A stretch of 64,000 nt of DNA from positions 23,252,001-23,316,000 of the forward strand of contig CM119372.1 in the NCBI GenBank assembly GCA_051294905.1. Direction: 5' to 3'. The notes below the pieces were generated by a model. The model was not told the DNA's origin, did not search any database, and saw only the letters and a program-made list of their open reading frames with translations. This document shows positions 39,493 to 54,098 of this stretch, one piece after another; position 1 is the stretch's first letter, and the number at the start of each line of letters is the position of its first letter. The translations under genes were made by a program, and so were the position numbers. Source of the stretch: Botryllus schlosseri (Eukaryota).

Positions 39493-40967
39493 AAAAGCTT
39501 ACGTTAACGAAGGTTCACAGCACAAAACCCGCATTTCATTCATCACCTTTAATCGTCACATATCGCAATCGACTTTTATTGTTATCCCAGGAGTAACATC
39601 GCCGTTCATTCGTTCGGTGGGACAACGCGCAATGTCAATAATCGCGCTGAAGAACTATGCCTCATATGTCGGGTTGGCACGAGAACAAAGGCTATGAACG
39701 CTCCTATCCCGGCGCACGTTATTGATGGCATGCTCTGTTTTGTAACGTAGAAGTCATGATTTGTTTCTCTGTCTAATGACCAAATGACGAATATGGCACC
39801 AATCGTGCCCCGCTAAAAAGACAGATGCCTTTATAAATACCTACGCAAACCTCCTGTTTCCCGGCTCTATTCGGAACGTGCCTATGTAGGTATACGGACC
39901 ACAAAACAACATTGTTCATCGTGACCGAACAGATTTTAACAAGAAGGTTCGATTATACTTGGCCCAAATGCGCTATCCATCATCGTCGGCAATCAAAATA
40001 AGTACACGCAACCCGCACAATGTTGACAAGTTGACACGCTGTATCTGTGATTGTCCGTGACTCGTGCGATTGCATAAGCTAAACTACGGTAGAACAATCA
40101 GTCTTGGGAAATCGCACAGACCCAAGATTGGCAACTTGAACGTAGCAGGGAACTGTTGGTCGGTGCACTAGGCTTATTCCAACGTTGACTAAACGTAATT
40201 AATTTAATCATAGTAATCATAGCTGAACTTCGCTGACGGAAATCGTAATACGTGTGGTCTATACTGATTGGCTCGAATAGCATCCCATCCTCGCATGAAT
40301 CACCGGTGAGTTTACACTTCAGAATCCTAACAAAGTGTTGGAACGTTATCGACGGACTGCTCGTTGCCATCCCATGAAAGCAGAGTATTGCCTGGACGAT
40401 AGGCAGTACTGTACGTGACGTATCATAACATGCGTATCCGTCGAATAGTATGTACGAGTTAGAGCAGCGCGACAAATATGTGGATAACCGAGATTACTGT
40501 GATAAGTTAATTTGTCTGCTGAATAAAATTATACCACAGTGTCCTATATGGTGTCGACACAAGCAAATCTCACGCCTCAGTGAAATTGTATAACGACACA
40601 ATTTCCATTTGGCTACAGGCAATTTGACGGTCATTTTTGACCGGCTTGCCGAGCATTAAATTTGGTAAAACTGGTATCAATCGAAAGCTGACTCTGCACT
40701 GTTTACGAAAATATAAATGTTTTTCCGCTCGCGGCCCTGGAACCCCCACAATCAGCCTCGAATTTTTCATTGTTATGGAGATTGGCATTGAGACGCAGCA
40801 ATGCTGTCTGGCGAAACGAAAGGACACTATGATTATACCGACTGATAAACTGCGCGCAAAATTGACCGGAAATACAAAGGGAAGGTACGAGCCACTGAAG
40901 GTTCGGGCTCGTGTAAACACGAAATTTTGTGAAGATTTAGATGTGACCGCGAACCTATGGTCTCATG

Positions 40968-41728
40968 CAGGGTTGTAATGACTCGAGTCATGACTCGGCT
41001 CGAGTCGCGGTATATTTGATGACTCAACGCTCAACCTGACTCGAGTCCTTATTTCAAATGTGTAAAATTTTTGTATCGACTCGACTTGTACTTGAGTCAT
41101 TGTGCATGACTCTAACCAAGTAATATGACTCAAGACTAGGACGGGCAAGACAGACATTGAATTGCAACTTCGGAGAATAGTAGGCCTATAGTTATCGCAT
41201 TATTGGTATTTCGTCTATCAGTCCTGATACTTAGGAAATGGTGCCAGAAACTGTTACGACTAAGGAAAATCACTATATTATGAACTCGAGCCATTCGCAG
41301 AGGTGGTCAGTAACGAAGTACTTCTACTTTTTGAAGTACTTGAAGTAGATTTTGCCTACTCACACTACTTTTTAAGTAGTAATGATTTTAGACTACTTCT
41401 ACTTCTACTTGACAGTTTTCGGTTTTGTAGGCAAAAATAAGCGTAGAATACCTACTTACTTACTTGTGAACCACCACTCCTACTTCTAATTGAGTAGAAA
41501 TTTCGGCGTTACTTCTACTTCTACTTGGGTAGCGGCGATGACTACTTTGACCACCTCTGGCCATTCGATATCCTTCGAGCAGAGTTGAAAAAGGGGGTTG
41601 AACCGGATTGAACTGAAAACTGAACAGTGAACATAATGACTTGGACTCGGACACGAGTCAAAACACAATGACTCTGACTCCACCCTCTATTTGCTGACTT
41701 GGACATTGACTTGTGACTCACAACCTTA
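40968..41728. mobile_element. Degenerate CAGGGTTGTAA-family MITE
   Basis: Left TIR CAGGGTTGTAATGACTCGAGTC; GACTC arrays; right end decayed, no TSD seen. Confidence 0.7.
41298..41559. mobile_element. hAT MITE with CTACTT arrays, nested in 40968-41728
   Basis: TIR CAGAGGTGGTCA / TGACCACCTCTG; perfect TSD GCCATTCG; related fragments at ~11925, ~15600 and ~48143. Confidence 0.88.
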
Positions 41729-43071
41729 ATGGAGGCCGGACTATTTCCCTAGCCTATTTCAGCCATTCTTATAATAGGCTAACCGATTACACTTCATGGG
41801 TGATATATGAAAAATATTACGAGGCGCAACATTCTTGCACAGGCATTTCTCCTGAGCATGATGTCGCGTCACAGTGGCACAAGCTTCAATTTCGACAAGG
41901 AATAGACAGGGTTACCATATTGTTGCAGCTCTAATTCTGGACAGTCTTTAGCGCCTACTAGCGGGGTATGAACTAACGAGGTATGAACACATTGCCAACC
42001 TATATCACGTCACACTAGCAAAGCTCTGCCTGTCAAGTGTAAACAGGAGTAGAGTGGAACATATGTCCTAAATTGGGCCATCTCTAATGTGGGCTCTGGT
42101 TATTGCTGTATTAAACTCTCATTAGGTTATTTGGTGATTGCTAAGGTCTGCAGCAGATTTCTTTACGGGCCGATAAAATCGTCTGGCGAGCCGTATCCCG
42201 ACCGCCGGTCGTGTGTGTGACAGCTATACTGTTAGATCGGCACGGTTATCTGATTGTGTATTGTACCCAGGTCCGAAACAACATTTTTTCAGCTCCCTCC
42301 CTCCCCCCCGCAAAAAAAAACTGATCTTGGGCCCACCATACGGTAGTCGATGCAAATTCTTGGGGCTTAGTATATGTATCTGCTTGTTAAATTCTGTGAA
42401 TGAATTCTGTCAATAATATTGGTTCTTCCATATATTACTATAAAATGCAGCAGCAGGTTGCACAATGCACATCCGGTGGTTTCCAGCCTTTTGTGGAAGT
42501 GAAGTGACCTCATTTCAAATTTGACAATGTTTCATGGCCCAGCTCAAAAATTGATAAACTGATTACTAAAAGAGGTCAGCTTACCCAGATTTACTCACGG
42601 TCTATTTTGCAAGCTGATTATGTTCAACATCTTCGCGATTCCCAGAGTAAAGGCAAATGACCTCCTACGGTTAAGAATTACTGTCTTTGACTAAAGCATC
42701 CAAACGGTCTAACTCACTCTAGGAATATACCGTTGTATTACAATTGGGATTCCAAATAGATTTATTTCGGTGAATGATGGTTGTTTATATTTAGTTTTGA
42801 TTGCATTTTTTCGCAATATACGTTACACTAAATCGCGCATAGTGCAAAGAAAAATTCAAGTAGCATATATCATACAAAATATAGTAAATGTTGATTTACA
42901 AAAAAATTTCAGCCTACTTCAAGCCTTCAAAATTCCGGACATTTAGGCGTATTTTAGAATTTCCTCCCGGACGCAGTTTTTACAGTGAAATTCCGGAGAT
43001 GTCCGGGAAATCCCGGACGTATGGCAATCCTAAATAGGGGATCTTTGCTCTTACCTTTATTTGCTCTAGCT

Positions 43072-44292
43072 CAGGGGTTCTCAAAGGGTGGGCCACAAGA
43101 GCATTTGAGGTGGGCCACAGAGCTATTTGGAAAATTTTAGAAATAATGTTAGTTTAGTCATATTTGTGTTAATCACTAAAAAATAAATTCATATTAGTTG
43201 ATTATACGTAGGCTGCATAAATCTTTTTATCCGACTCTGATGAGACGTAGTCATACGTATGGAGTTAGCAAATGGGAGACAGAAACGGCGGCTTTTTCCA
43301 CTGACTATGACTACCTATGGCTAACAGCAACTAAAATAATTTCGCGTATAAAATAATACCTGGTAGGTAATGCTGAAGTAATCAAGTATTCCGGCTGGGT
43401 CATAATGTCGTATGCCGTTGAATGGGGTGTGCAATAAACTCGGAATGAAGTGTAATTGATGTATAGATTTACTGTACTTCGGCAGGTCGTATTATTGTAA
43501 GTTAAAAATAGCCATAATTGCAAATTATTAGCAACTTCTTGTGGAGGTATTCTGCACCACCGCAACGAATAGTAATGGATTGAGGATTCAGCGGAGCGCA
43601 TTAATATTGGAAGTCTGTTTAAAATTTCATGCCTGGAAATCAATGTTCATAATGTAAGAGTCACATGAATTGATAGTATTACTGGATTGAATATTCCGAC
43701 ATCGCAATTTCAGTTGGTTCAGTACGTGACATACAATGTACATTGTACAGCATGCATATTAAGAAAATCTTTCTCCACTCATCTGTAGTACCCCATTCAC
43801 CAATGAATTGTTTGAAGCGGGCCTAGAATGATTATATTTTTCCCCTCAATAGTGGAACTAAAATCCCAATTACACAATGTACCCGGGAATTCGATCATTG
43901 TGTTTCGCGAAGCGAATGGAGCAGCGGACGATCATAAAATAATCATAAGTTTTAGCATATGATCTACTACAGCCGTAACTGCCGCACCCAAACCCCCAAT
44001 TGGGGAAGCCAGAAGGGGCCCAAGATTATTTTGTTGGTCATTTGTTGGAAGATATTCACTCAACTTGAAAATTTGCGTCGCGCGCTGCGCGACTTTATGC
44101 CCCGAAATGTTTATATTTTAATTTCATCTGTAAATTAGGAGAAAAATGTGCATATTTTATTGAAATAGGCATATCGGCGCCGTCGATTGCCACGCATTGA
44201 ACAGGATTATGACTTTAAGATTAGAGGTGGGCCACAGCACATTTTTCAAACCGGAAAATGCGCCACGGCCAAATAAGGGCTGAGAACCCCTG
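43072..44292. mobile_element. hAT (Buster/Charlie-like) MITE
   Basis: TIR CAGGGGTTCTCA / TGAGAACCCCTG; TSD CTCTAGCT / CTCTAGCC. Confidence 0.85.
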
Positions 44293-46962
44293 CTCTAGCC
44301 AGTATGCCGTCGCGCTCTGGAAATAACGTAAAGCAGCGGTTCTTAATCCTTTTCTTCCATCATTGTCTGGCGTCCCCATATTTGCAGGACTGTACTAAAA
44401 CAATGGGGAAGAGGTTGAAGTCCGCTCCAGTCCAGTCCGGTGACTACATCGTGGCACGAAATCGAAGTTCACTACATGGGATTTATCCTATGTGTCATAT
44501 CATCTACGGTGTAAAAACTGACGTTTTCACACTCGCACTATAATCAAGCCGGTTGTCCAAAGTTTGAGCAAGCGACATAATGAAAACAACAGTTGAGCAT
44601 GAGACACATAAACATTCATTCTGCGTTAAAGATACGCTCTGGTATGGCCTCACAAAGACTTGGCTAACGCAGCTGTCGCAAGAATGAGAATCGTTTTCGT
44701 TATGAACATGTGTAAAAATATTGCACCAATATTGATGAGTTAGATGTGAATCAAGTACCAAATAAAAAAATATCAGGGAGCCGTATCAAAAGATCCATAT
44801 ACGGCTCGCGAGAAATAAGTTCATGGCCCGCTTTTAGGGCCTTAAAAATTTTACTGATTACGATTGACGATGAATGACATTTATATTTCAATTTGAGATG
44901 CCTCGTCTTCTACTGGTTGGAATTGGTCCGAATTTGACGTGTAACGTTTTGGGGCAACCTAACAATTTAATCACTAAATCTGTGAAATTTGGAAAAGAAA
45001 GTTGTTTCTGTACAAGGGTGCACTGCACCAGCTACATCGTGTATCGTACAACTGTATCCTCTCAGAGCGCAGTTTCGGTTGAATTTAAACAGTGTGTTTT
45101 TGAAATCAATATAAATACCAACAGCTCTGAACAGCAGCGATAAACCCATTTTATATTAGTTTTAGATAAGTTCAGACAATTGCACTGCGATACCAGTTCT
45201 ATCCTCACACAACAAAACGGGATGATCAATACGAGCCGATTTATTAACCACCAAATGAATCACATAGTCAACTGAAGTGAAGGTTTTGAATGAATACAGG
45301 ATATCAGAGTGCTATAGAATTTATATCATTGGACGGTCGCATAATGTCGACCGTATATATACTCACCGACATGCGTCCATCACGTGTATGTATATGATGC
45401 GTAATACTAAGCATTTGCTATTCATGTAAGATCACTGGTTCCCAACCTTGATCGACTGATCACCCCTCATGAAGCTCAATACAAATTTACGCCCCCCTCT
45501 GATCGCTGGTGAATTGAATAAAAGCGCAATTTTCCTAGATGGTGCTCGGAAAGCCTGTTTCTGCGACTACATTTCGTTGAGTTGGCCTTTTTTTAGTCAA
45601 CTTTAGAGCGTCACATGGAGAATAAGACGTCTTCACGTGCATTAGTTGGCCGCGGTAATTAAACAAATGTCACTGGACGTCCTAACATTTTCGCCGCCCA
45701 ATCGCCCCCTCTGGTATTTTCTCCTCCTTGTTTCTCAAAATCGTCCACTGGGGGAACCAACGCTTAATAGTGTTTGTTGGCATGCAAGGTAATGAGTGTT
45801 GAGAGACTTCTCAAATATGAAATTGGAAGTATACACAGAGCGAAAATTTTCAGTTGGATATTTTGTAAAAAAAAAATTATGTGCAATGGTATAGCAGGTG
45901 GCATATATTTATTCACATTTGGCACTACTTCATAGGGCAGACAATTTTCTCTTTACGGGTTTTTTGTTTTGTTTTATTTAACACATACAACATTGGTGTT
46001 TATCGCCTATTAAGGTCATGTATACCACGACAATTATATTTGTAATGTTCAGGATCTTTGCTTTCGTACTCTTTCCGGACGACTTCCACACATTTGTTCT
46101 TTACTGCCGACTTCTTCCTGGCGCGGCTCACCATCATACTGGACTTTTTAAGACACTGCTATGGCTGTGGGGTTAGCGATGAGGATCTCTTTACGGGTCG
46201 CATAGGTGTTTGGCAAGAGAATAGTTCAATGAAGTAGGCTACTTTTCGGCTTGTCAAGCGTGGCATTCTACAAAATGTTTCCTAATTGAGTATACTCGGA
46301 GTGACTACTGCAACGTTGTAAGCCATATTAGAAGATTAGATTAGATTCAAAAGGCATATTATACATATCATATGAAATGACCTTATGTAAGAAAATATCT
46401 TATATCTCCATAACTGTGCATTTCTCCGCACTCTGCACAGATGCTTGACAGACAGACAGACATACCATAAAAGCATCTGCAAACAGTTACACGAATTCAG
46501 CAACATACTTGATTCAGAGACATCTTCTGATCGGTGCAAGATCCGGTATCAATCAAAATCTAACATCGATGTATGGATGGCAATTAGGACATATAAAATC
46601 GTAATATAATTAAAATCATTGCCGTTGTTGAACTCGAAAGTTTCAGCACAAATCAAACTCAAACTATAAGCTGCTGTAAACTAACGAGCACTGTAAACAG
46701 GATCATACATTTAAGGATAGCCAGACTAATATGGATTCGCATTTCCTGAATCTGGATGCATTTGAGCTTATATCAAATTTTCGATTCTTTCCTGAATATA
46801 AATGTCATAGCACCGCGATTAATGGAAGTCGGACTCGTAATACCGGATTGTCTTTCCACTGTATTTCAGTCATTCTTATAGGATAACCGGTTACACTATA
46901 TGTGGTATATGCAAAAATACTATGATCGAGGCACACGATTCCAGCAGAGACATGTCATCGCG

Positions 46963-49900
46963 TCAGAGCGGCGCAAGCTCCGGAGATTCTGCGCCAAGTA
47001 GCGGAGGAAGTGTTTCAGGTAGGTGTGCTTGAGGAGCTGAATCCTTGTTCTTCCTTTTGTTTGCTCTCGCCAGTATTCGATTGTACTCTGAAACAGCGTA
47101 AAACATCAGCGATATATTATTCGCGATTATCCGGGTCGTCCCGAAATAATATACTTTGTTGCTTTATGACACTCGATTGCGACAAAATAATCTGAAAGCA
47201 AGTGACAGTAAGGATTGACATGCGGTTTTTCGACAATCATTTTCGGTGTGTTTCTTGTCCGCAGTCACCGACTGAATCAGAGAAAAAAAGAATATTTACG
47301 GACAATGTAATACGTGCAGTGCATATGAGTCAGCGGGGCAAAACAGAAACGTTATTGGGAAATCACAATCCGTTTTCGGGGGCTGCCAAGCTTCACTTTT
47401 ATCGAAAAGATTATGCATTTACATTTTAAAGGTGGTAAACGAAAACAGAACCCAACTCAGAATTATACTGCGGTTATAAATCATACGTTCGTACGTCACG
47501 CTACGTTCATATGCGTGCAAGTATATCATTTTTTGATTATAATGTTGTATTTGATTTATGCCGATGTTTAAGTCTGAAATAGGTGGTGGTTTCGTGTGCC
47601 ACGGTGTATATTCACACCCGTATATCTCGGGTGGTACGTGGGTGTCGATACACACTCTTTTCGCTCAAATTGCATGCCGTCGTCCGTCATACCCCAATCA
47701 TCACGACCGGGTTTTAGTTCTGATCAGCACTTCTATGATTTTATTGATCGTAACGTAGCCACACTGGATCAGACAGGGTAGCAAACCGGTGCTTTGGTAT
47801 CTCAAGCGTTGCTTTTGGCCAGGAATTGATTCCCGGGAGATGATATATTTCAACATATATATTTGAATTCCGCAATATTTTAGGCTTCGTCCTCTAGGGA
47901 TTCCGAATTCGTGATACTAAATTACAGTACCCCTTCATCTCCCTTTTCAGTAAAGCGTTCATGGCGCAGGTCTGTGTCCGTGAGCGCGTGAATTTTTGGG
48001 GGGTCGACGTCACTTGAGTCACATCGTGTATTGACTCGACTTGTAATCGAGTAATTGCGTACGGCTCGACCAAGTCTTATGACTCGAACTCGAAACAATT
48101 CGGGCCAGAAACTGCTTTGCATATTTAAAACAAATGTTAGCAGTAGAGGTGGTCAAAGGTACTTGGTGAGAACAATGGTGTGCTGCATAGGCCATGATTC
48201 TATTTATCTAGTGTTATACAAGATACATATTCCATAAAGTTTCGCAGTGCGTGTGTAAGAAGTCTTTGTAAATAGACTGTGAATTTTTGTTTATCACAAA
48301 ACTATCTAATTTTATACGTACTTTTCATGCAAATGCCGGTGAAATCATGGTCAACGAACGGGTTGAAGTCACTCCGTGTCTTCAATATCTTTCCATTGAG
48401 CGGGTGAATACAGTGACACGTTGCAGCATCGCACTTTACGGGAGCATAATGACCGTTTTCATCACATGCTGAAAATCATCCCGCGCATTAATTTACTCTG
48501 CGGAAAATATAGCAATGCGTCCGCCATATCATAATTGAATGCTTTTTTGGGATCAATTGAAATACTCTAAGCTCTGAAATAAACTTTTTCGTCAACCAGC
48601 GGAGAATATCATATTATACAGGGTTGCATTTTAAAGCAAACATGTTTAAAACAAGGCCCTAATTTAAAACATGTTTTTTATTGTTTTTTTTGTTTGTTTT
48701 TTAAGCCTTGACGTCACGAATATTCAATTTTGACATCATAGTGAATTGACATTGACAATTGAAAATATAGGGTAAATATAGCTCCTTTGACGAAATATCT
48801 GTATTATTAATGTTGAACCGACTATTTTGAGGGTTTCAACAATCCCATATCGATATACGGAGGCTATATAGGTTGGTAATTGTCCGTAGGTTCATACAAC
48901 ATGTTTTTGGAAAGCATTTACACAATTATGGCATAATTTTACAACTTCCTCAAAAAATTCTTAAAAAGGCCTTTGTTTAAAACACTGTTTAAACATGTTT
49001 TAAACAAAGTGTTTTAAACACCGTTTGTTTTAAATGAAACCCTAATATTATATAATCTTGGGCATTTGTAGACCTCACTATACATATGACGTGTTTGAAT
49101 CATGTAGCCCATATCGTGTCTATAATATTCACTTACTAGGACGTTCCGGGTCAGTAACTCCATGGTCACTGTCTTTGGTAAGCCCCAAGGACGCAATTAG
49201 AGCAGTCATGCAAGGAGTATCTACAGGAGGTGGTGGAGGCACTGGTCTTTCCGGCAGCGTTACAGCACTAAATAGGGAACAGTGTAATAACCGCTATTTT
49301 GGCTGCACAAAATGAGGAATTTGTCGGTCATTATGTGACGGCAACCATTCTGTGCCGTTGTTGACAGCTCATCTAATAGCTTATCTACAGTTCTACACAC
49401 TCCACCATTTACGCCCGCAACCCCAGGAAGTTTGTCAATCACAGTCTATTTGGCAATCTGAAAATGACATCGGTCCACGTGATCACCACTAGATCACCAC
49501 GATCAATTGAATGTGACATGAATCGAAGGTTACGAAGGAATCTGACGACACAATATACGAGGAGAATACCGCACCAGGTAGAGTTTAACCATTCCTCGTC
49601 GGATTTGTCCAGACAGTCGTCGAAACCATCACACAGTTGTTCCCTCTCCAAACAGGACTCCCTCCGCGACGTCATGCACGAATATGTGTAGACGCTGCAA
49701 TCTGTTAACGCAAAAATCTTACGTAGTCAATACAACACCATTTGCCAGATTGTGTAAGTATGCTGTCAACTTGGGTCCGACTCGAATTCGCAACCCATTG
49801 GCGTTGTATAGCTTTGGTACTAACCGCTACGCAAGGACGAGCCACTTCTCTAGTCAGCAGGCTTGATATGAAAAAATTAATTTTCGATTTAATGAATTTA

Positions 49901-51857
49901 TTATCATCTGTAGCTGTTGAAGTCAATGGAACATCTGTGGTCGATCAAAGTTGTCCATAAGTTGTTTGAACGCTGGCTGCATGTTGGACGTGGAAATCCT
50001 TAGTAAAGACTGTATGTTAACATCAGTTAGATCAGAACGCCGCTTTGTCTTGTAAATGTTCAATTGTTGATGGTCAAAAATGTTTGCTCGCGAACCTTAT
50101 GACGTCACGTGACGTCAAATTGCTGATTGCAGCCCTACATGTCAGTGAAGTGATATAATAATGTACACATATATATACAATAGGCTATCAACGACTCTGT
50201 TCACATTATGCCTCAATACTGAAGTACATGCTGACTTTTTAAACGTCACAAAATGTATCAACTGCAGCAATCAAATGCTATATTAATCCCTAAAAATCAA
50301 TATCGTCCGTAGCTTTGCCAACAATTTTGGCGAGGACTTGCAAGGGAATGTAAGCTACGCCTTAACGGTCGGGGCCAGACAGAACAATATATTCGGCGTC
50401 GGACCATTGCGACATTGATATTGCGCAGATGGACCCCGAACGCCTGCTTGATTTTTTACATTAGACAACGACGTATTTCTTATATCAATTTCAATGATTG
50501 GTTGAATAATCATCATTCGCTGACAACGCTGACATTTCGTTATTGGTGTTGTGTGATTGCGGGTCAAGCTCACAGCAGAGAGACACTAAATATTCACAAA
50601 CGGAAAGCTGAATATGTCAAGAAAACCTTTGTAACATAGCAAGAAAAACTTCTGGGATTGGCAAGGTGTGTGCTTATTGCTCGCTTAGTGTTGATTTTTT
50701 TTATGCTGCCAGCACTTTACATATAGTGGTCTGAAGTTGAAATGCAAAGAATTTGAACCATAGATGTAATATTAACGTGATAAATTTTAATACATGAAAA
50801 AGGTTCACAGTGCAGAACCTACCAAGGTTCGTTTGTGAACGTGAACCTCTCGATTTCTGAGGTGCACACACAGAACGCGAACGTGAACCCCACGTTCATA
50901 CCATCCCTAGCCGAATGTTGCCCGCCCCTGCGCTCGACTCGTGGCGGAATAGCAGTGGTATACGGCCCACAACTGCACAATATATCGCGGGTTCCGGTCA
51001 GACTGAGATCGACTTAGAAATTCCTACCGAAATGTTGGAGGTTTAACTAGGATCCTCCTCGCCACGGGATCCGACAGAATTGATGTGAAATTAATTTCAA
51101 ATATATTGCAATACCTCTTCCGGACAATTAAACAGATATGTAAATGGGCATTACTTCTCGCCCACATCGTCCGAGTGGATGGTGTTCGACATGGCTATAA
51201 ATAATAGATTTTCCCAACGTAAACACTTTTTTTTTCAAGTCCAAGATTTTCGACTTCAATAACTTTGCTTCTACGGGTTAGAATTGGGCCAACTTTATTA
51301 TCGGTATGTATCGATTTTAGATAAGGTAGCAACTTCATTTGGAAAAAGGCCAATATCTTTTTATTAAATTCAAAATTTTCTAATATAATAACTCCGCTTT
51401 CATCGCTTAAATTTTAGCAACATTTTACTGGCAGTGTTTCTCAGCAACCCAACAATTTTACGGGGTAGCCTGTGAAATTTTGAAAAACTTATTTTTGTAT
51501 TTTGAAGAACCGCAATGCTCAATGCTTACATTACAATCTGCACAGTTCGCAAAAGCCATGTGTTATTCTTTAACACCAATTCGAAACCCAATGCGTGCAA
51601 GCCGCATTACACTATGATATAATTTATTCGCAAATGGACCGCTTGTTAAGGTGGAATAGCAATTCTCAACATCATACGATTCATACCGGTGGTCACGTCG
51701 ATTCGTTTCAGGCTGCGATGTGGCCTGCGTTGGTAAACGGCCATCTCGTATAATGTCCCGGGTTCCAGAACATTCCCGGTATCGATGTAGTAGTAGCCGT
51801 CGGCATGCCTGTCTCTTTTTCCTTTTAGTTGTTTAGTGTATGCCGCACCCACGTCCG
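46963..51857 (-). CDS. 3' exons of an extracellular-type multidomain protein (FN3-like, LDL-receptor class A, Pro-rich)
   Basis: Exon 51857-51687 (LEPGTLYEMAVY, FN3-like); 49701-49575 (C-SVYTYS-C-MTSRRES-C-LEREQL-CDGFDDC-LDKSDE...C, 6-Cys LDLa); 49267-49137 (ERPVPPPPPVDTPC); 47719-47618; 47087-46963 (YNRILARANKRK...ELAPL*). The chain is phase-consistent; intervening exons may be missing. Confidence 0.55.
48619..49044. mobile_element. hAT MITE with GTTTAAAC arrays
   Basis: TIR CAGGGTTGCATTT / AAATGAAACCCTA; perfect TSD ATATTATA. Confidence 0.8.
50941..51078 (+). mobile_element. Degenerate tRNA-SINE copy
   Basis: Decayed A/B boxes followed by TGTTGGAGGTTTAACTAGGATCCTCCTCGCC; further family fragments at ~23590-23740, ~27075-27115 and ~46100-46190. 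Confidence 0.6.
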
Positions 51858-51991
51858 CTAGATACTGTATGGATAAGGTTAGCATTCACCCGCACCTCAT
51901 TAAACCAAATGCGAAGTCAATGTTCCACGTCGTATTTATCGAAGTGTCGTATGCCGTATATGCCTATTTCAATATGATTTCGACTATACGC

Positions 51992-54078
51992 CAGGGTTGT
52001 AATGACTCGAGTCATGACTCGACTCGAGTCAGACTCGAGTCACGATTTTTTTGTGACTCGACTTGACTCGAGTCATTTTCTTGAAATGGGAAAATGACTC
52101 GACTCGACTCGAGTCAATATTTGGATTGACTCGACTTGTACTCGAGTCATTACGCATGACTCGACTCAAGTCATTGACTCGGCTTATTTTATATGACTTG
52201 AAGGTGAAGAAATTTGCGAACCACAATGGTTAGATCAACGCATGTGACGAATTCGGTCGACATCGCTATTTGTCACCACTGCTTTCGTTGCACTCGTCTG
52301 ATATCAGATATGCCGCCGTAAAAACAAAAGACAATGGTACATAGTAGCAAAGAGCAATGCATTGTACAAAATCATCCAGTAATGAAGAGGTAATAGATTC
52401 TCCGCCATCAAAGTACTCAAGAATTTTCAATTAAACAAGCAAACAATCGAAGCAAAGTCCAATTAAAGCCAATGAAATGACTCAGATGGTCAAGTAGCCT
52501 ACTTGGAAGATAATGATAAGATCATATGTAGATCTGAAGGCGATGATTCTTTGCATTTTCGGGCGACTAGAATGGATGAGTATCTAATGCTCTTCAGTGT
52601 GGTTTAAAATTCCTGCATCTAATGCACCAGTGGAACGTGTATCCAGTGGGTGTGGATTATTCTAAGGCCATGCCGCCTCAACATATATGAGAATCTCCTT
52701 TCCACTTTAGTATTTTTTAAGTGTAACTCATTGATTTGATCTGCTGTCTGTCAAAACACACAATACCCTCCGTCCATTTGACGTTTTGTTAGGTATGTGC
52801 ATTGTGCACGTGAGTAATAATGAATGGCTAATGTTGCGTGATGTTTGTACAATAGCGCCGATCAAAAATAACTTTATTTTTATTATACTGGGTGGTTACT
52901 TGATAAAATTGTTACGTTGCATAAAAAGAACACTGAATCTGGCTTAATTTTAAAAAGTGGAATCAATGATATGAGAGGAGAAAATTTTGGATTTGGAAAT
53001 ACACGGAGTATTTTTAGTGAGAAATGATTTCATATAATATAATTACATACTAGTTGTAAGTCGACTATTTTTTCATATCCAAAATATTCCACTCTAATAA
53101 CTTCGCTTCTTCTAGTTGGAATTGAGCCAAATCTGCTATGAATCATATTTTTACACAATCTAACAATATCATGAGGTAGCCGGTAAAATCCGAAAGTCTC
53201 TATTTGTAATTAATCCAAAATATTTTCTCTTAACATTGCTCTCTACTGGTTGGAATTGAGCCAAATTTAAGTTATTTTAGATCATCTAACAATTTTAAGA
53301 AGTAGCCTCCTTTTTGAGATTCTGTCCTCATTTTTGAGAATTTTTTTGGTAAATGTAGGGCAAATTCGACTAAGATAACAGTAAATCAGCACTAAAGTAA
53401 CGCTCCGGCGACTATTTCGGGAGCTGAGCAGGAAAATTGACCTTTTTCTGGTCAACCACCTGATATAATGTGAAAGCAAAACTGTACCTCTACATAAACG
53501 TTTATCTGTTGATTCTTTACCAGCTTGTATCTAGCTAGACGTGAATTCGTAGGTTCTCTATCAGATAGTATGTAGACGTGAATTCGTTAATTCTCTATAA
53601 GCTATTTGTGAGCGGTCGGCGATGTGCTCGTAATAAAAACTGAATGCTTGTATTTGTGATATATCAGACTGACAAGACAGATATTTGATTTAAAGTTCTA
53701 AAATTAGTAAATTTATCGTATTGGCGGCCTGTCTCGTCTATCTTTAGCATCGGTAAATGAGGCCAGGAACTGTCTGTTATCTGCCTAAATAAACATGTGC
53801 CAAGACTATGATAGGGACAAAATAAGCATGTTTGGCAAGCAAGGAATTCGATATCACCCAAGCAGAATTGAAAACATAAGTTGAACATGACTTCAATACT
53901 GTGACTTGGACTCGACTCGAGTCAAAACACTATGACTCGGACTTGACCCTTAAAACGGTGACTTGGACTCGGACTCGAGTCGGTGATGAATTGAAAATGA
54001 CTCGACTCGACTCGAGTCAAAACCACAAAAGTCAGATTGACTCGTGACTCGGAACCATGTGACTTGGTTACAACCCTG
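51992..54078 (+). mobile_element. Non-autonomous hAT element, 2087 bp, near-identical inverted copy of 24316-26402
   Basis: Same TIRs and length; different perfect TSD CTATACGC; identical ORF translations in the supplied track. Confidence 0.95.
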
Positions 54079-54098
54079 CTATACGCTTTTGATTAAAC

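Noticed and set aside
40570..40978. Overlapping 113-116 aa ORFs as a divergent gene
   Set aside because: No convincing splice chain or recognisable motif was found.
41907..43032. Possible MITE with CAGGGTTACCATA / TATGGCAATCCTA ends
   Set aside because: The TIRs are imperfect and there is no matching TSD; the ends may belong to different relics.
49260..49490. In-frame TAG readthrough exon after the LDLa exon
   Set aside because: A stop-free splice from 49575 to 49267 skips it, and the context is not a known readthrough motif.
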